Shown here one piece after another: positions 1 to 8,580 of a stretch of 57,099 nucleotides of DNA (the stretch's first letter is position 1; every line of letters begins with the position of its first letter). The stretch covers positions 1-57,099 of the forward strand of contig JAIMBC010000002.1 in NCBI GenBank assembly GCA_023511675.1, written 5' to 3'. This stretch comes from Pirellulales bacterium. GTDB taxonomy: Bacteria > Planctomycetota > Planctomycetia > Pirellulales > JAIMBC01. Made by a program: the position numbers and the translations under genes. The notes beneath the pieces are model-generated. The model saw nothing but the letters and a program-made list of their open reading frames with translations, searched no databases and had not been told where the DNA came from.

Positions 1-440
1 GATAACCGTTGGTCGAGTGGTGCGTGGCGGCGGCGTGCCCAATACCGATGCAACCCCGCAGCAGCAGCGGCATGCGCAGCCGCCCGCTCGACATGTACTG
101 CATCTTGGCGATCTGGTTCACCAGCTCGCCCACCGCGTCCAGAATGAAATCGATAAACATGAAATCCACCACCGGCCGCGTGCCGGTCATGGCGGCGCCG
201 CAGGCCAGGCCCACAAATCCACGTTCACAGATGGGCGTATCGCACAGCCGCTCGGGGCCAAAGCGCTCGTACAGGCCGACCGTGGTGCGGAAATTGCCGC
301 CGCGCTTGCCGATCCCCTCTCCCAGCACAAAGATCGTCGGGTTTCGCTCCATCTCCTGGCGCAGCGCGTCGAGTGTGGCCTCCATGAAGGTCGTCTCGGT
401 CATGGTGCCGGGGGTGATGTGCGGGTTGAGTTGTTGCATG
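1..440 (-). CDS. 2-oxoacid (pyruvate/acetoin-type) dehydrogenase E1 component beta subunit, N-terminal part (gene runs off the window)
   Basis: My own translation of the minus strand from ATG at 440..438 gives MQQLNPHITPGTMTETTFMEATLDALRQEMERNPTIFVLGEGIGKRGGNFRTTVGLYERFGPERLCDTPICERGFVGLACGAAMTGTRPVVDFMF... This is typical of the transketolase-like pyrimidine-binding domain of E1 beta. It is absent from the ORF track because no stop lies in the window, and it sits directly downstream of the E1 alpha gene. Confidence 0.85.
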
Positions 441-564
441 GGTGGGTAAGAGGTCGATGGGTTTGCGGCCGGCATCGCGGCCTTGTTGATGTGTGACAGC
501 GGTACGCCGTCTCGCGGGGGCGGCCTCGATGGCCAGCAGCGCGGCGCCGGCGTGCACGTGGCGG

Positions 565-1539
565 CTAAGGGGTTGCGTAGATGTGTGTGGTGGCGGAGGC
601 GGGATCTGGCCAGGGGCTGTTTTCGGCAAAGCGGCGTGCTTCAGCGGCCTCTTCGGCCGCTTCGCCTTCCAACTGGGCAAGCTGAGCTTCCGTTGCCACG
701 CCCCCATCGATCAGGCGTGCGCGGAGCAACAGCAGTGGGTCGCGGGCCTTCCACGACTCCACCTCTTCGCGCGTGCGGTACGTGAAGTCTCCCATCCCCT
801 CAGCGTGGGGGCGGGTACGGTAGGTGAGGCACTCCAGTAGCGCGGGGCCTTCGCCCGCGCGAGCGCGGGCCACAGCCTGGGCGGCCGCGGCGTAGACGGC
901 GAGGACATCGTTGCCATCCACTGCCACGCCTGGCATGCCGTATGCGGTGCCGCGCGCGGCCACGCTGGCGTTGCCCGCAGCGTAGCTAAATGGTACCTCG
1001 GTGGCATACTGGTTGTTCTCGCAAACAAACAGCACGGGCAGCCGCCAGATGGCCGCCATGTTGAGGCCTTCGTGGAACGCTCCGTTGTTCACCGCTCCAT
1101 CTCCAAAGAAGGCCACGGCCACACGGCCGTTCTTCAGCAGCTTGAACGAGTAGCCGGCCCCAGCCGCTTGCAAGATGGAGGGGCCGACAATACCGCTGGT
1201 GCCCAGCAGACCGACCTCGGGGGCGAAGAGGTGCATGCTGCCTCCCCGTCCCCGCGAGCAACCTGTGACGCGGCCGAACAGTTCGGCAACCAGCTCGCGG
1301 GCAGAAACGCCCTTGGCCAGGGCATGGCCATGGCCGCGATGGGTGCTGAACACCACGTCGTCACGCGTGAGATGGGCACACACGCCGGCGGCCACGGCCT
1401 CCTGGCCGATGTAGGTATGGCAAGCGCCGTGGATCAGGCCCTCGCTGTAGGCTTGCACGAGCTGCTCCTCGCAGCGGCGGATGCGCAGCATGGTGCGGTA
1501 CAGCCGCAGGCCCTCAGTAGGCAGGGGATCAGCAACCAT
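565..1539 (-). CDS. Thiamine-diphosphate-dependent 2-oxoacid dehydrogenase E1 component alpha subunit
   Basis: 324-aa ORF with an ATG start at 1539. E1-alpha hallmarks are present: YRTMLRIRRCEE, HTYIGQEAVAAG, THRGHGHALAKG, GGSMH, FFGDGAVNNGAFHEGLNMAA, VCENNQYA and YRTRPH. It is followed by the E1 beta gene. Confidence 0.9.
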   Translation of the reverse strand: MVADPLPTEGLRLYRTMLRIRRCEEQLVQAYSEGLIHGACHTYIGQEAVAAGVCAHLTRDDVVFSTHRGHGHALAKGVSARELVAELFGRVTGCSRGRGGSMHLFAPEVGLLGTSGIVGPSILQAAGAGYSFKLLKNGRVAVAFFGDGAVNNGAFHEGLNMAAIWRLPVLFVCENNQYATEVPFSYAAGNASVAARGTAYGMPGVAVDGNDVLAVYAAAAQAVARARAGEGPALLECLTYRTRPHAEGMGDFTYRTREEVESWKARDPLLLLRARLIDGGVATEAQLAQLEGEAAEEAAEARRFAENSPWPDPASATTHIYATP

Positions 1540-3754
1540 AAGACTTCTCTTCGCGGAGGCGCGAGCCCGCCAGATCGTTGATTTGGCGTTTCAGCTCCGC
1601 GCGGTGATCATTCAGGCGGTAGACGCTGCGGGCCAGTTCGATGAACGGGGCGCCGAATTCGCCCTGCCGCTCGCAGGCGCGCAGGGCCTCTTCTACCTGC
1701 CAGAGTTGTTCGTTGACTTCCCGCAGCGACGTTGCCAGTTTGGCCAGCGGCTCGCTCTCCAGCAAGCTGCGCTGGCGGGCGGTGTGCAACATCTCCAGCT
1801 CGCGCAGCACGTTTGCCAGCCTGGCCGGTTCGCGGATGCGTGCGGACTTGATCTCGAGAATGGAGATCTTGTCCAGCAGTTCTCCTGCCGAGATCTCGAC
1901 CAGGATGGCGCCAGCCGTTGCGCCCCCTGTGCCCATGGCCGCCGCTGTGTCCATGGCCCCCGTTGCGGCAGTTGCGGGAGTTTGCGCCGCTGCGGGAACG
2001 GCCGCCGCTGCGCCCATGGCCCCCACTGCGCCCATTGCCCCCTCCGCGGGAGTTGCAGTCCCTGCGGCAGGTGCTGCGGCTGCGAGTTTTTCCGCCGCCA
2101 ATTTTTGCAGCTCGGCTCCCATGCGATCAAATACATCTTCCCAGCACTCCGGCCGCGTCTGCCGGTACAACCGCATGCTGGGATACCAGGGACTATCGTC
2201 CCGGTGCAGCATCCAGCGGTAGTCGGCAGACCACGCCAGGGCCACCCACACTGGCACTCCGAGCGCGGCGGCGAGGTGAGCCACAGCGGTGTCGCAAGAG
2301 ATGACCAGATCAAGCTGCTCAATCACGGCCGCCGTGTCCATGAAGGGGCCGGCGGCGGTGTCGAAATCCGGCCCCAGGTCGATGATGTTCCAGCGTGTCG
2401 CCAAGCCGGCAAGCTGTTCGCTCCCGTCTCCCTTTTGCAGGCTCACCAGCCTCACCCCTGGCACCAGAGCCACGGGCGCCAGATCGCGCAGGGCGAAGGA
2501 TCGCAGCCGGTCGAAGGCCTGCGCCTTGTTCCCCTGCCAGCAGATGCCCACACGCAGCCCCTTCACACCGCCCAGTCTTTCTCGCCATTGTGCGGCCAGT
2601 TGGGCATCTGCCTGAAGATAACGCCGCGGCGCCGGCACATTTTCCAGCGTGGTGCCAAACAGGTGCGGCAGGCTGAGGAGAGAAGCGTACAGCTCATACG
2701 TCTCCAGCGCCTCTCCCAGCGCCGTGACCTGCTGGCACAGACCGCTGGCGCGCAGCAGGGGCACCAGGGCCGGCTGGCAAGCCAGGATCACCCGGCCCAC
2801 GCGTTGGCGCACCAGCGGGAGGTAACGCACAAACTGCAAGGTGTCTCCCAGGCCCTGCTCGGCGTAGAGCAGCAGTGTGCGCCCTGGCTGGGCGCTGCCA
2901 TTCCATGCCGTGCCAGGCAAAGCCGGCATGGCAAAGGGCTTGCACCGGAAGCGCCACTCGTACTCAGCCCAACCGCGCTGGTAGTCTCCTTGCCGCAGCC
3001 AGGCGCATGCGCGGTTGAAGTGCGCATCGGCCAGTTGTGGATCCTGGGCCAGTGCCTGCTCGTAGGCTGCCAGCGCCTCGTCGAAGCGGCCGAGTGCTTG
3101 GAGTGTGGTGCCGCGGGCATTGTGCGCCTCGGCAAAGGGAGATGCCAGGGCCACGGCTTTGTCCAGCGCCTCGAGCGCCTCGGAGAAGCGGCCCAGGGCA
3201 CGGAGGGTCAGTCCCAGGTTGTGGTGGGCCTTGGCGGAGGACGGGTCGCAGGCGATGGCCTGCCGAAACGTGGCCGCGGCCTCTTCCAGACGGCCTTGCT
3301 CTCGATAGGCATTGGCAAGGTTGTTGAGCGCCTTGGCGAATTTCGGCCGCAAACGCAGTGTCCGCTGGTAGGCGGCCACGGCCTCATCGAGCCGGCCCAG
3401 GTCCTTTAGCGTATTGCCCAGGTTGTAAAACGCCTCGGCATATCGGGGCCGCAAGGAGGTGGCGCGTTCGAAGCAGGCCCGCGCCGCTTCGAGCTGGCCG
3501 CATTCGCGATACACCAGCCCCAGGTTGTAGTGGGCCTCGGCAAAATTGGGCCGATGTTGCAGTGCTTGCGAGATCCATTGCACAGCCTCGGCGGGACGGC
3601 CGCGCTGCTGGGCCACCAGGCCCAGCAGATGCAGCGCGTCCACCTGCGCGGGCTCCTCCCTTAACACGGCCCGATACATGCGTTCAGCCTCATCCAGCCG
3701 TCCGGCCTGGTGCAGGGAAACAGCCTCGGCCAGTGTTTGTGCCGTGCTCTGCAT
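1529..3754 (-). CDS. TPR-repeat / glycosyltransferase-family-9-like / C-terminal helical domain fusion protein (741 aa)
   Basis: The track ORF 1529..4972 is 1147 aa, but only the part from Met407 (ATG 3754..3752, MQSTAQTLAEAV) looks protein-like. It has about 8 TPR units (AEAHYNLG, AEAFYNLG, AKALNNLA, AKAHHNLG, AEAHNARG). GT9-like motifs are present (YAEQGLGDTLQFVRYLP; ISCDTAVAHLAAALGVPVWV). An Ala/Gly/Met/Thr linker follows, then a helical tail (ILVEISAGELLDKISILEIK...EEKSY). The upstream 406 codons are antisense to the 4136..5008 gene. Confidence 0.85.
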   Translation of the reverse strand: MQSTAQTLAEAVSLHQAGRLDEAERMYRAVLREEPAQVDALHLLGLVAQQRGRPAEAVQWISQALQHRPNFAEAHYNLGLVYRECGQLEAARACFERATSLRPRYAEAFYNLGNTLKDLGRLDEAVAAYQRTLRLRPKFAKALNNLANAYREQGRLEEAAATFRQAIACDPSSAKAHHNLGLTLRALGRFSEALEALDKAVALASPFAEAHNARGTTLQALGRFDEALAAYEQALAQDPQLADAHFNRACAWLRQGDYQRGWAEYEWRFRCKPFAMPALPGTAWNGSAQPGRTLLLYAEQGLGDTLQFVRYLPLVRQRVGRVILACQPALVPLLRASGLCQQVTALGEALETYELYASLLSLPHLFGTTLENVPAPRRYLQADAQLAAQWRERLGGVKGLRVGICWQGNKAQAFDRLRSFALRDLAPVALVPGVRLVSLQKGDGSEQLAGLATRWNIIDLGPDFDTAAGPFMDTAAVIEQLDLVISCDTAVAHLAAALGVPVWVALAWSADYRWMLHRDDSPWYPSMRLYRQTRPECWEDVFDRMGAELQKLAAEKLAAAAPAAGTATPAEGAMGAVGAMGAAAAVPAAAQTPATAATGAMDTAAAMGTGGATAGAILVEISAGELLDKISILEIKSARIREPARLANVLRELEMLHTARQRSLLESEPLAKLATSLREVNEQLWQVEEALRACERQGEFGAPFIELARSVYRLNDHRAELKRQINDLAGSRLREEKSYGC

Positions 3755-3823
3755 AAGGAAAGATCGCCATCCACCACAAGCGTAGAAAACTCGGCTGGCC
3801 GCCCGGCATGTACGGCGCGGACC

Positions 3824-3883
3824 GCAGCCGACCGGTACGTGCGGCCACACCCAAAGCACGCACCCAGTACGCCGGTCGGCTGC
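3824..3883. repeat. Perfect 12-bp inverted repeat (GCAGCCGACCGG / CCGGTCGGCTGC) with a 36-nt spacer in a divergent intergenic region
   Basis: The arms were read directly at 3824..3835 and 3872..3883. They lie 70-130 nt upstream of the minus-strand ATG at 3754. Confidence 0.6.
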
Positions 3884-4013
3884 CCAGCACGTGCGGCAGG
3901 AAGCGTGGCCGCCCGGTTTGCAGCCAGCACGTCCAGCATGCACCGCAGCCGCACTCTGCGGCAACCTGCCGCTACCTCGTAGAGTAAACCAGCGCTCACG
4001 CCGGAGCAACGAA

Positions 4014-4041
4014 TTGCAAGCCAGCCCGGCTACGGTAGAAT
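4014..4041 (+). promoter_or_regulatory. Candidate sigma70-type promoter (TTGCAA - 16 nt - TAGAAT)
   Basis: TTGCAA at 4014..4019 and TAGAAT at 4036..4041, about 95 nt upstream of the ATG at 4136. This is pattern match only. Confidence 0.3.
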
Positions 4042-4135
4042 GCCCACGCGACCCCGCCCGTCCCAGCCAGCTTCGGCCCGCCAGGCCGTCCCTGGCCAGG
4101 TATCCTCGAACCCACCACGGCATGGCCCAGCGCTC

Positions 4136-5008
4136 ATGAAGCTCGCCTTCAGCTCCAACGCTTATCTGCGGTTCCCGCTGGAAGAGGCCATGCAGCGCAT
4201 CGCCGCCGCCGGCTACGTGGGCATGGAGCTGCTGGCAGACGTGCCGCATGCCTGGCCTGCTGGCTTGCTGGAGCAGCAGAAGCAGGCGATCCGCGAGGGC
4301 CTTGAGCGGCACGGCCTGGCCGTCTCGAATGTGAACGGCTTCATGATGAACGCCGTGGCCGACCCGCGCCAGCCCTACTGGCACCCTTCGTGGATCGAGC
4401 CGGATCCCCATTATCGGGCCATCCGACGCGAGCACACCAAGCGGGCCCTGGCCCTTGCCCGCGAGGTGGGGGCGGCCAATCTCCAAACCGAGCCGGGGGG
4501 GCCGCTCGCCCCCGGCCAGGCTTGGGAAGACGCGGCCCGGCTGTTCTACGACGAGTTCATGCCCTGTGTCGAGGTAGCCGAGCGGCTCGAGGTGGGCCTG
4601 CTGATCGAGCCCGAGCCCGGCCTGATGATCGAGCACTTCGAGCAGTACCTCCGCTTCGTCGAGCGGATTCAGTCTCCTTATGTGGGGCTGAATTTCGATC
4701 TGGGACATGCTTACTGCGTGGGGGAGGATCCCCAGTTCTGGGTCGAGCAGATGGCTCCCCACACCCGGCATTATCACCTGGAAGACATCGCCGCGACCCG
4801 CGTCCACCAGCATTTGATTCCAGGCCACGGTGCCATCGACTTCCGCGCCACGCTGGCGGCCATCGCCCGCACCGGCTACCAGGGCTGGATCACCGTGGAG
4901 CTGTATCCCTACCTGGAAGATCCGGATGCCGCCGCGCGCGAGGCCTTCCAGTACGTGACCGGGGTACTGCAAGAACTGGGCATCTCCTACCCCAGGCGGG
5001 ACGGCTGA
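4136..5008 (+). CDS. Sugar phosphate isomerase/epimerase (xylose-isomerase-like TIM barrel) family protein
   Basis: The protein-like sequence starts at MKLAFSSNAYLRFPLEEAMQRIAAAGYVGMEL (ATG 4136, inside track ORF 4040..5008). Typical family segments are present: IEPEPG, LNFDLGHAY, HYHLED, IPGHGAIDF and GWITVEL. Confidence 0.85.
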   Translation: MKLAFSSNAYLRFPLEEAMQRIAAAGYVGMELLADVPHAWPAGLLEQQKQAIREGLERHGLAVSNVNGFMMNAVADPRQPYWHPSWIEPDPHYRAIRREHTKRALALAREVGAANLQTEPGGPLAPGQAWEDAARLFYDEFMPCVEVAERLEVGLLIEPEPGLMIEHFEQYLRFVERIQSPYVGLNFDLGHAYCVGEDPQFWVEQMAPHTRHYHLEDIAATRVHQHLIPGHGAIDFRATLAAIARTGYQGWITVELYPYLEDPDAAAREAFQYVTGVLQELGISYPRRDG

Positions 5009-5010
5009 CC

Positions 5011-5955
5011 ATGGCTGGCGGCCGCCTACGCGCTTGGTTCGAACTGCTCCGCCTGCCCAACGTGTTCACGGTGGCAGCCGATGTGCTGGCCGGTTGGTTC
5101 CTGACCCACACCTGGCTGACACCCTGGCCGCTTTTAGCGTTGGCCCTCGGCACATCGGTGAGCCTGTACTGGGCCGGTATGGTGTTGAACGATCTGTACG
5201 ACCTGCCGGTGGACGCCGTGGAGCGGCCCGCACGACCGCTGCCCTCGGGCCGCATCTCGCCGGCAGCGGCGTGGCGTGCCGGCTACGGGCTGCTGATCCT
5301 CGGCCTGGCCCTGGGCTGCACTGCCGGCGTGATCACCGCTAGCGCCGCCCCCAGCATCCTGGGGGGGGCACTGGCAGCCGCCATTGTGGCCTACGATCGC
5401 TTTCTCAAAGGCACTTGGGCAGGACCCTGGCTGATGGGAAGCTGCCGGACGCTGAATCTCTTGCTGGCCATGTGCGTGGGGAGCAAAGAGGTGCCCCCCT
5501 TGTACGCGGTACACGGGCTGGTCGCGTGCGGCGTGGGCGTGTATGTAGCAGGGGTAAGCTGGCTGGCACGCCACGAAACAGAGTACGGCCGCCGCCGGCG
5601 CATCCTTGCCGCCATGGCCATCATGGCATGCGGCATGGCGATGCTGGCCTGGTTGCCCAGGGTCGATGCGGCCAGCCTGCCCGAGGTGAGCCGACCTGCG
5701 CTGGCGATCAAGCTAGGAGACCGCTGGTTTGCCTGGTGGGGAGTGATGGGCATTCTTGTGCTCTGGCGGCCGCTGCGGGCATTGATCGACCCCTCGCCAA
5801 GGCACGTGCAGCATGCCGTTCGGCAGTTGCTGCTTTCGCTGGTGATGCTCGATGCCGTGATGGCCTTTGCGGTTCGCGGCGTGGCAGCCGCCTGCATCGT
5901 GCTGCTGTGCTTGATCCCCGCTATGCTACTGGGAAGATGGTTTTACGCGACATGA
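5011..5955 (+). CDS. UbiA-superfamily prenyltransferase (polytopic membrane protein)
   Basis: ATG at 5011, 2 nt after the preceding stop and in frame with track ORF 4390..5955. The start is MAGGRLRAWFELLRLPNVFTVAADVLAGWF. The first Asp-rich motif is NDLYDLPVDAVER, and there are multiple hydrophobic helices. The second Asp-rich motif is not obvious (ARHETEYGRRRR). Confidence 0.85.
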   Translation: MAGGRLRAWFELLRLPNVFTVAADVLAGWFLTHTWLTPWPLLALALGTSVSLYWAGMVLNDLYDLPVDAVERPARPLPSGRISPAAAWRAGYGLLILGLALGCTAGVITASAAPSILGGALAAAIVAYDRFLKGTWAGPWLMGSCRTLNLLLAMCVGSKEVPPLYAVHGLVACGVGVYVAGVSWLARHETEYGRRRRILAAMAIMACGMAMLAWLPRVDAASLPEVSRPALAIKLGDRWFAWWGVMGILVLWRPLRALIDPSPRHVQHAVRQLLLSLVMLDAVMAFAVRGVAAACIVLLCLIPAMLLGRWFYAT

Positions 5956-6120
5956 AGGCTGACTCACCTGCTGGCGGCCCTGGCGGCTGCCGCCGCCTGC
6001 CGCGGCGCGTACGCCCCGGGGCAAAGGCAACCAACTTGCCCAGAGGCGGGCGCATAGTTTTGCGCCAGACAGCCGCGTGCTGGGAGCTGCCATAAGACGC
6101 GCAATATAAAGGGCTCGAGC

Positions 6121-6984
6121 ATGTGGGTGGACCTGCTTCGCGCGACCGCCGGCGACGGTTTGCTGCTGGAGGGAGTGCTGCAAACACCCGAGAACCGCGC
6201 CGCCGAACGGCCGGTGGATGCCTGCCTGCTGCTGCACGGCACGGGCAGCAACTTTTACGGCTCGACGTTGCTGGAGGGCATCAGCAGTGTGCTGCTCGGA
6301 TGGGGGCTGGCGGTGCTCCGCGCCAATACCAGAGGGCACGATGGCATCAGCACCGCGGCGCTTGCCGCTGGGGGGCGGCGTCTCCAGGGTGCTGCCTACG
6401 AGATCGTGGACGACTGCCGCTTCGATGTCTCCGCCTGGCTGGCACTGCTGGCCGAACGCGGCTACCAGCGAGTGCTGGTGCTGGGACACAGCCTGGGCGC
6501 GGTGAAGGCTCTGTACGCCCTGGCCCACGCCTGCCCTGCGAACGTGTGGGGGGTGGTGGCGGTCTCGCCGCCGCGGCTGGCCCATTCTTGCTACTTGGAG
6601 TCTCCAGAGCGGGAAGTATTCCTGGCAGATTACCAACGGGCGGAGGCTGCCGTTTCGGCGGGCGAGGGGCACCGTTTGCTGGAGGTGAAGTTTCCCCTGC
6701 CCTACGCCGTGTCGGCAGCAGGCTATCTCGACAAGTATGGCCCGCAAGAGCGGTACAACATACTCAGCTTTACCGCCAAGGTGCCGCGGCCCGTGCTGGC
6801 GACCTTCGGCGGAGCAGAACTGACGCACACGGCCTTTCGCGGCCTGCCGGAAGACCTCGAGGCGCTGCGCCCGCAGGCTGCCGGACTGCGGGTGGTCGTG
6901 ATTCCCGGTGCCGACCACTTATACACGGCGAGGCATCTCGAACTTGCCGAACAGATCGACCTCTGGCTGCGATGGAAACGGTAA
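6121..6984 (+). CDS. Alpha/beta-fold hydrolase
   Basis: 287-aa ORF with a GHSLG nucleophile elbow (VLVLGHSLGAVKA), an LLLHGTGSNF oxyanion-region motif and a C-terminal GADHLY. Confidence 0.8.
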   Translation: MWVDLLRATAGDGLLLEGVLQTPENRAAERPVDACLLLHGTGSNFYGSTLLEGISSVLLGWGLAVLRANTRGHDGISTAALAAGGRRLQGAAYEIVDDCRFDVSAWLALLAERGYQRVLVLGHSLGAVKALYALAHACPANVWGVVAVSPPRLAHSCYLESPEREVFLADYQRAEAAVSAGEGHRLLEVKFPLPYAVSAAGYLDKYGPQERYNILSFTAKVPRPVLATFGGAELTHTAFRGLPEDLEALRPQAAGLRVVVIPGADHLYTARHLELAEQIDLWLRWKR

Positions 6985-7000
6985 ACGGCATGCGATGAAC

Positions 7001-7060
7001 GACAAGCGACGACGGCGTGGACCAAGCGACGACGGCATTGAGCAAGCGAAGACAAGGCTA
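7001..7060. repeat. Three tandem 20-bp direct repeats (core CAAGCGACGACGGC)
   Basis: The units are 7001-7020 gaCAAGCGACGACGGCgtgg, 7021-7040 acCAAGCGACGACGGCattg and 7041-7060 agCAAGCGAAGACAAGgcta. The 14-nt core is identical in units 1 and 2 and matches 10/14 in unit 3. They lie just after the hydrolase stop, in a 450-nt intergenic region. Confidence 0.6.
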
Positions 7061-7435
7061 CATGGATCCTGCCGGCTGCATCCAAGGCGCAAGCTGAGCA
7101 GACCAACCAACAGGCCGCCCTACAGGGGACAGCGCGTTTGGCCCTTTGCACCCTCAGCGGCGTGGCAACGCGACGAGGGCCGTGGCGTGCGTGCAGCCGG
7201 CACAAGAGCTGTTGGAGGCGCCACGGACCTGGCAGATTACGGCCGGTGTTGGGCGAGCGACGGCCTGCTTTTCGCCGGCGTAACGGGGCAGCGGCGAGGG
7301 GTGCGCCATGCGGCCCCAATCCGCACCACCCCACCCGTTGTCATTCTCGCCTGCGTAGGTTAAGTTCGTAGTTCTAGGAACCTGCCGGTATCAACCCGCC
7401 TGCTTGCAGCCCCCCTTCACCCCTGTGGATGCTTC

Positions 7436-8551
7436 ATGACGGCCACCGCCCCTGCTACTTCTCCAGACATGGCTGCGCGTGTGAAGGCAGCCCGCGAAGA
7501 ACTCGACCGCCATACCTACGAGATCGTACAGTGGCACTTTCATCCTTCCACCGGCTGCCCCTTCTGGCTCGAACACGCCAAGCAGCTTAAGTTCGACCCC
7601 CTGAAAGAGATCAAAGGCTTCGACGACCTGAAGAAGTTCGACCTGTTCCAGGATGAGTGGCTGCGCGGCGGCCCCGTCCGCCGCTGGGTGCCGCAGGCCT
7701 ATGCCAACAAGCCCATCTACGTGTTCGAAACCGGCGGCACCACCGGCACGCCCAAGAGCCGCATCTCCATCGATGACTTCCGCATCGACTACGAGCTGTT
7801 CAGCAAGACCCTGCCCGACGAGTACTTTCCCCCCGGCGCCAACTGGCTGATGCTGGGCCCCTCCGGCCCGCGCCGGCTGCGGCTGGCGGTCGAGCACCTC
7901 TGCCAGTACCGGGGCGGCATTTGCTTTTGCATCGACCTGGATCCTCGCTGGGTGATCAAGCTCATCAAGAAGGGCTGGATGGAGCACCTCGAGGCGTACA
8001 AGCAGCACTGCATCGACCAGGCGCTCACCATTCTGGACGCGGGACACGACATCCGCTGCATGTTCACCACGCCCAAGTTGCTGGAGGCGTTGGCCCTGGC
8101 ATTGGAGAAGCGCGGCCAGACAATCCGCGGAGTAGGGATCACAGGCATCTTTTCTGGTGGCACGGAGTTCACGCCGCAGTTCACGCGGTTCGCGGTGGAA
8201 GAGTTGCTGGACGGGGCGTACATGACGCCGACCTACGGCAACACGTTGATGGGGCTGGCCTGCTCCAAGCCGGTCTCGGCTGCCGAGGGATACAAGATCA
8301 CCTACTACGCGCCGCAGCCCCGAGCGGTGATTGAAGTCGTCGATTTTGACGATCCGAGCCGCGTGGTGGACTATGGCCAGACGGGCCGGGTGAAGCTGAC
8401 CACCCTGACCAAGGAGTTCTTCGTGCCGGGCTTCCTGGAACGGGACGAAGGGGAGCGGGAGCCGCCGTACGAAAAGTACCCCTGGGACGGCATCAGCGGC
8501 GTGCGGCCCTATCGGGCGCTGGCCGAGTCGACCACCGTGGGAGTGTATTAA
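7436..8551 (+). CDS. Adenylate-forming enzyme, PaaK / LuxE (acyl-protein synthetase)-like
   Basis: 371 aa. It has a P-loop-like FETGGTTGTPKSR (compare SSGTTGKP in PaaK-type ligases) plus IFSGGTEF and YGNTLMG. Its size matches LuxE/F390-synthetase-type enzymes, which lack the large ANL C-domain. Confidence 0.7.
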   Translation: MTATAPATSPDMAARVKAAREELDRHTYEIVQWHFHPSTGCPFWLEHAKQLKFDPLKEIKGFDDLKKFDLFQDEWLRGGPVRRWVPQAYANKPIYVFETGGTTGTPKSRISIDDFRIDYELFSKTLPDEYFPPGANWLMLGPSGPRRLRLAVEHLCQYRGGICFCIDLDPRWVIKLIKKGWMEHLEAYKQHCIDQALTILDAGHDIRCMFTTPKLLEALALALEKRGQTIRGVGITGIFSGGTEFTPQFTRFAVEELLDGAYMTPTYGNTLMGLACSKPVSAAEGYKITYYAPQPRAVIEVVDFDDPSRVVDYGQTGRVKLTTLTKEFFVPGFLERDEGEREPPYEKYPWDGISGVRPYRALAESTTVGVY

Positions 8552-8580
8552 CGGCCAGGCACACGAGGGAGCCGCACCTG

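Noticed and set aside
1481-3409. 642-aa ORF on the plus strand
   Set aside because: It is antisense to the TPR/GT9 gene. It is Arg/Gly/Cys/Gln-rich with no recognisable motifs, which is typical of a shadow ORF in GC-rich DNA.
3755-4972. N-terminal 406 codons of the 1147-aa track ORF 1529..4972 (-)
   Set aside because: The translation is low-complexity and Gly/Arg/Leu-rich. It is exactly antisense to the well-supported TIM-barrel gene at 4136..5008. The recognisable TPR protein begins at the internal Met (ATG 3754).
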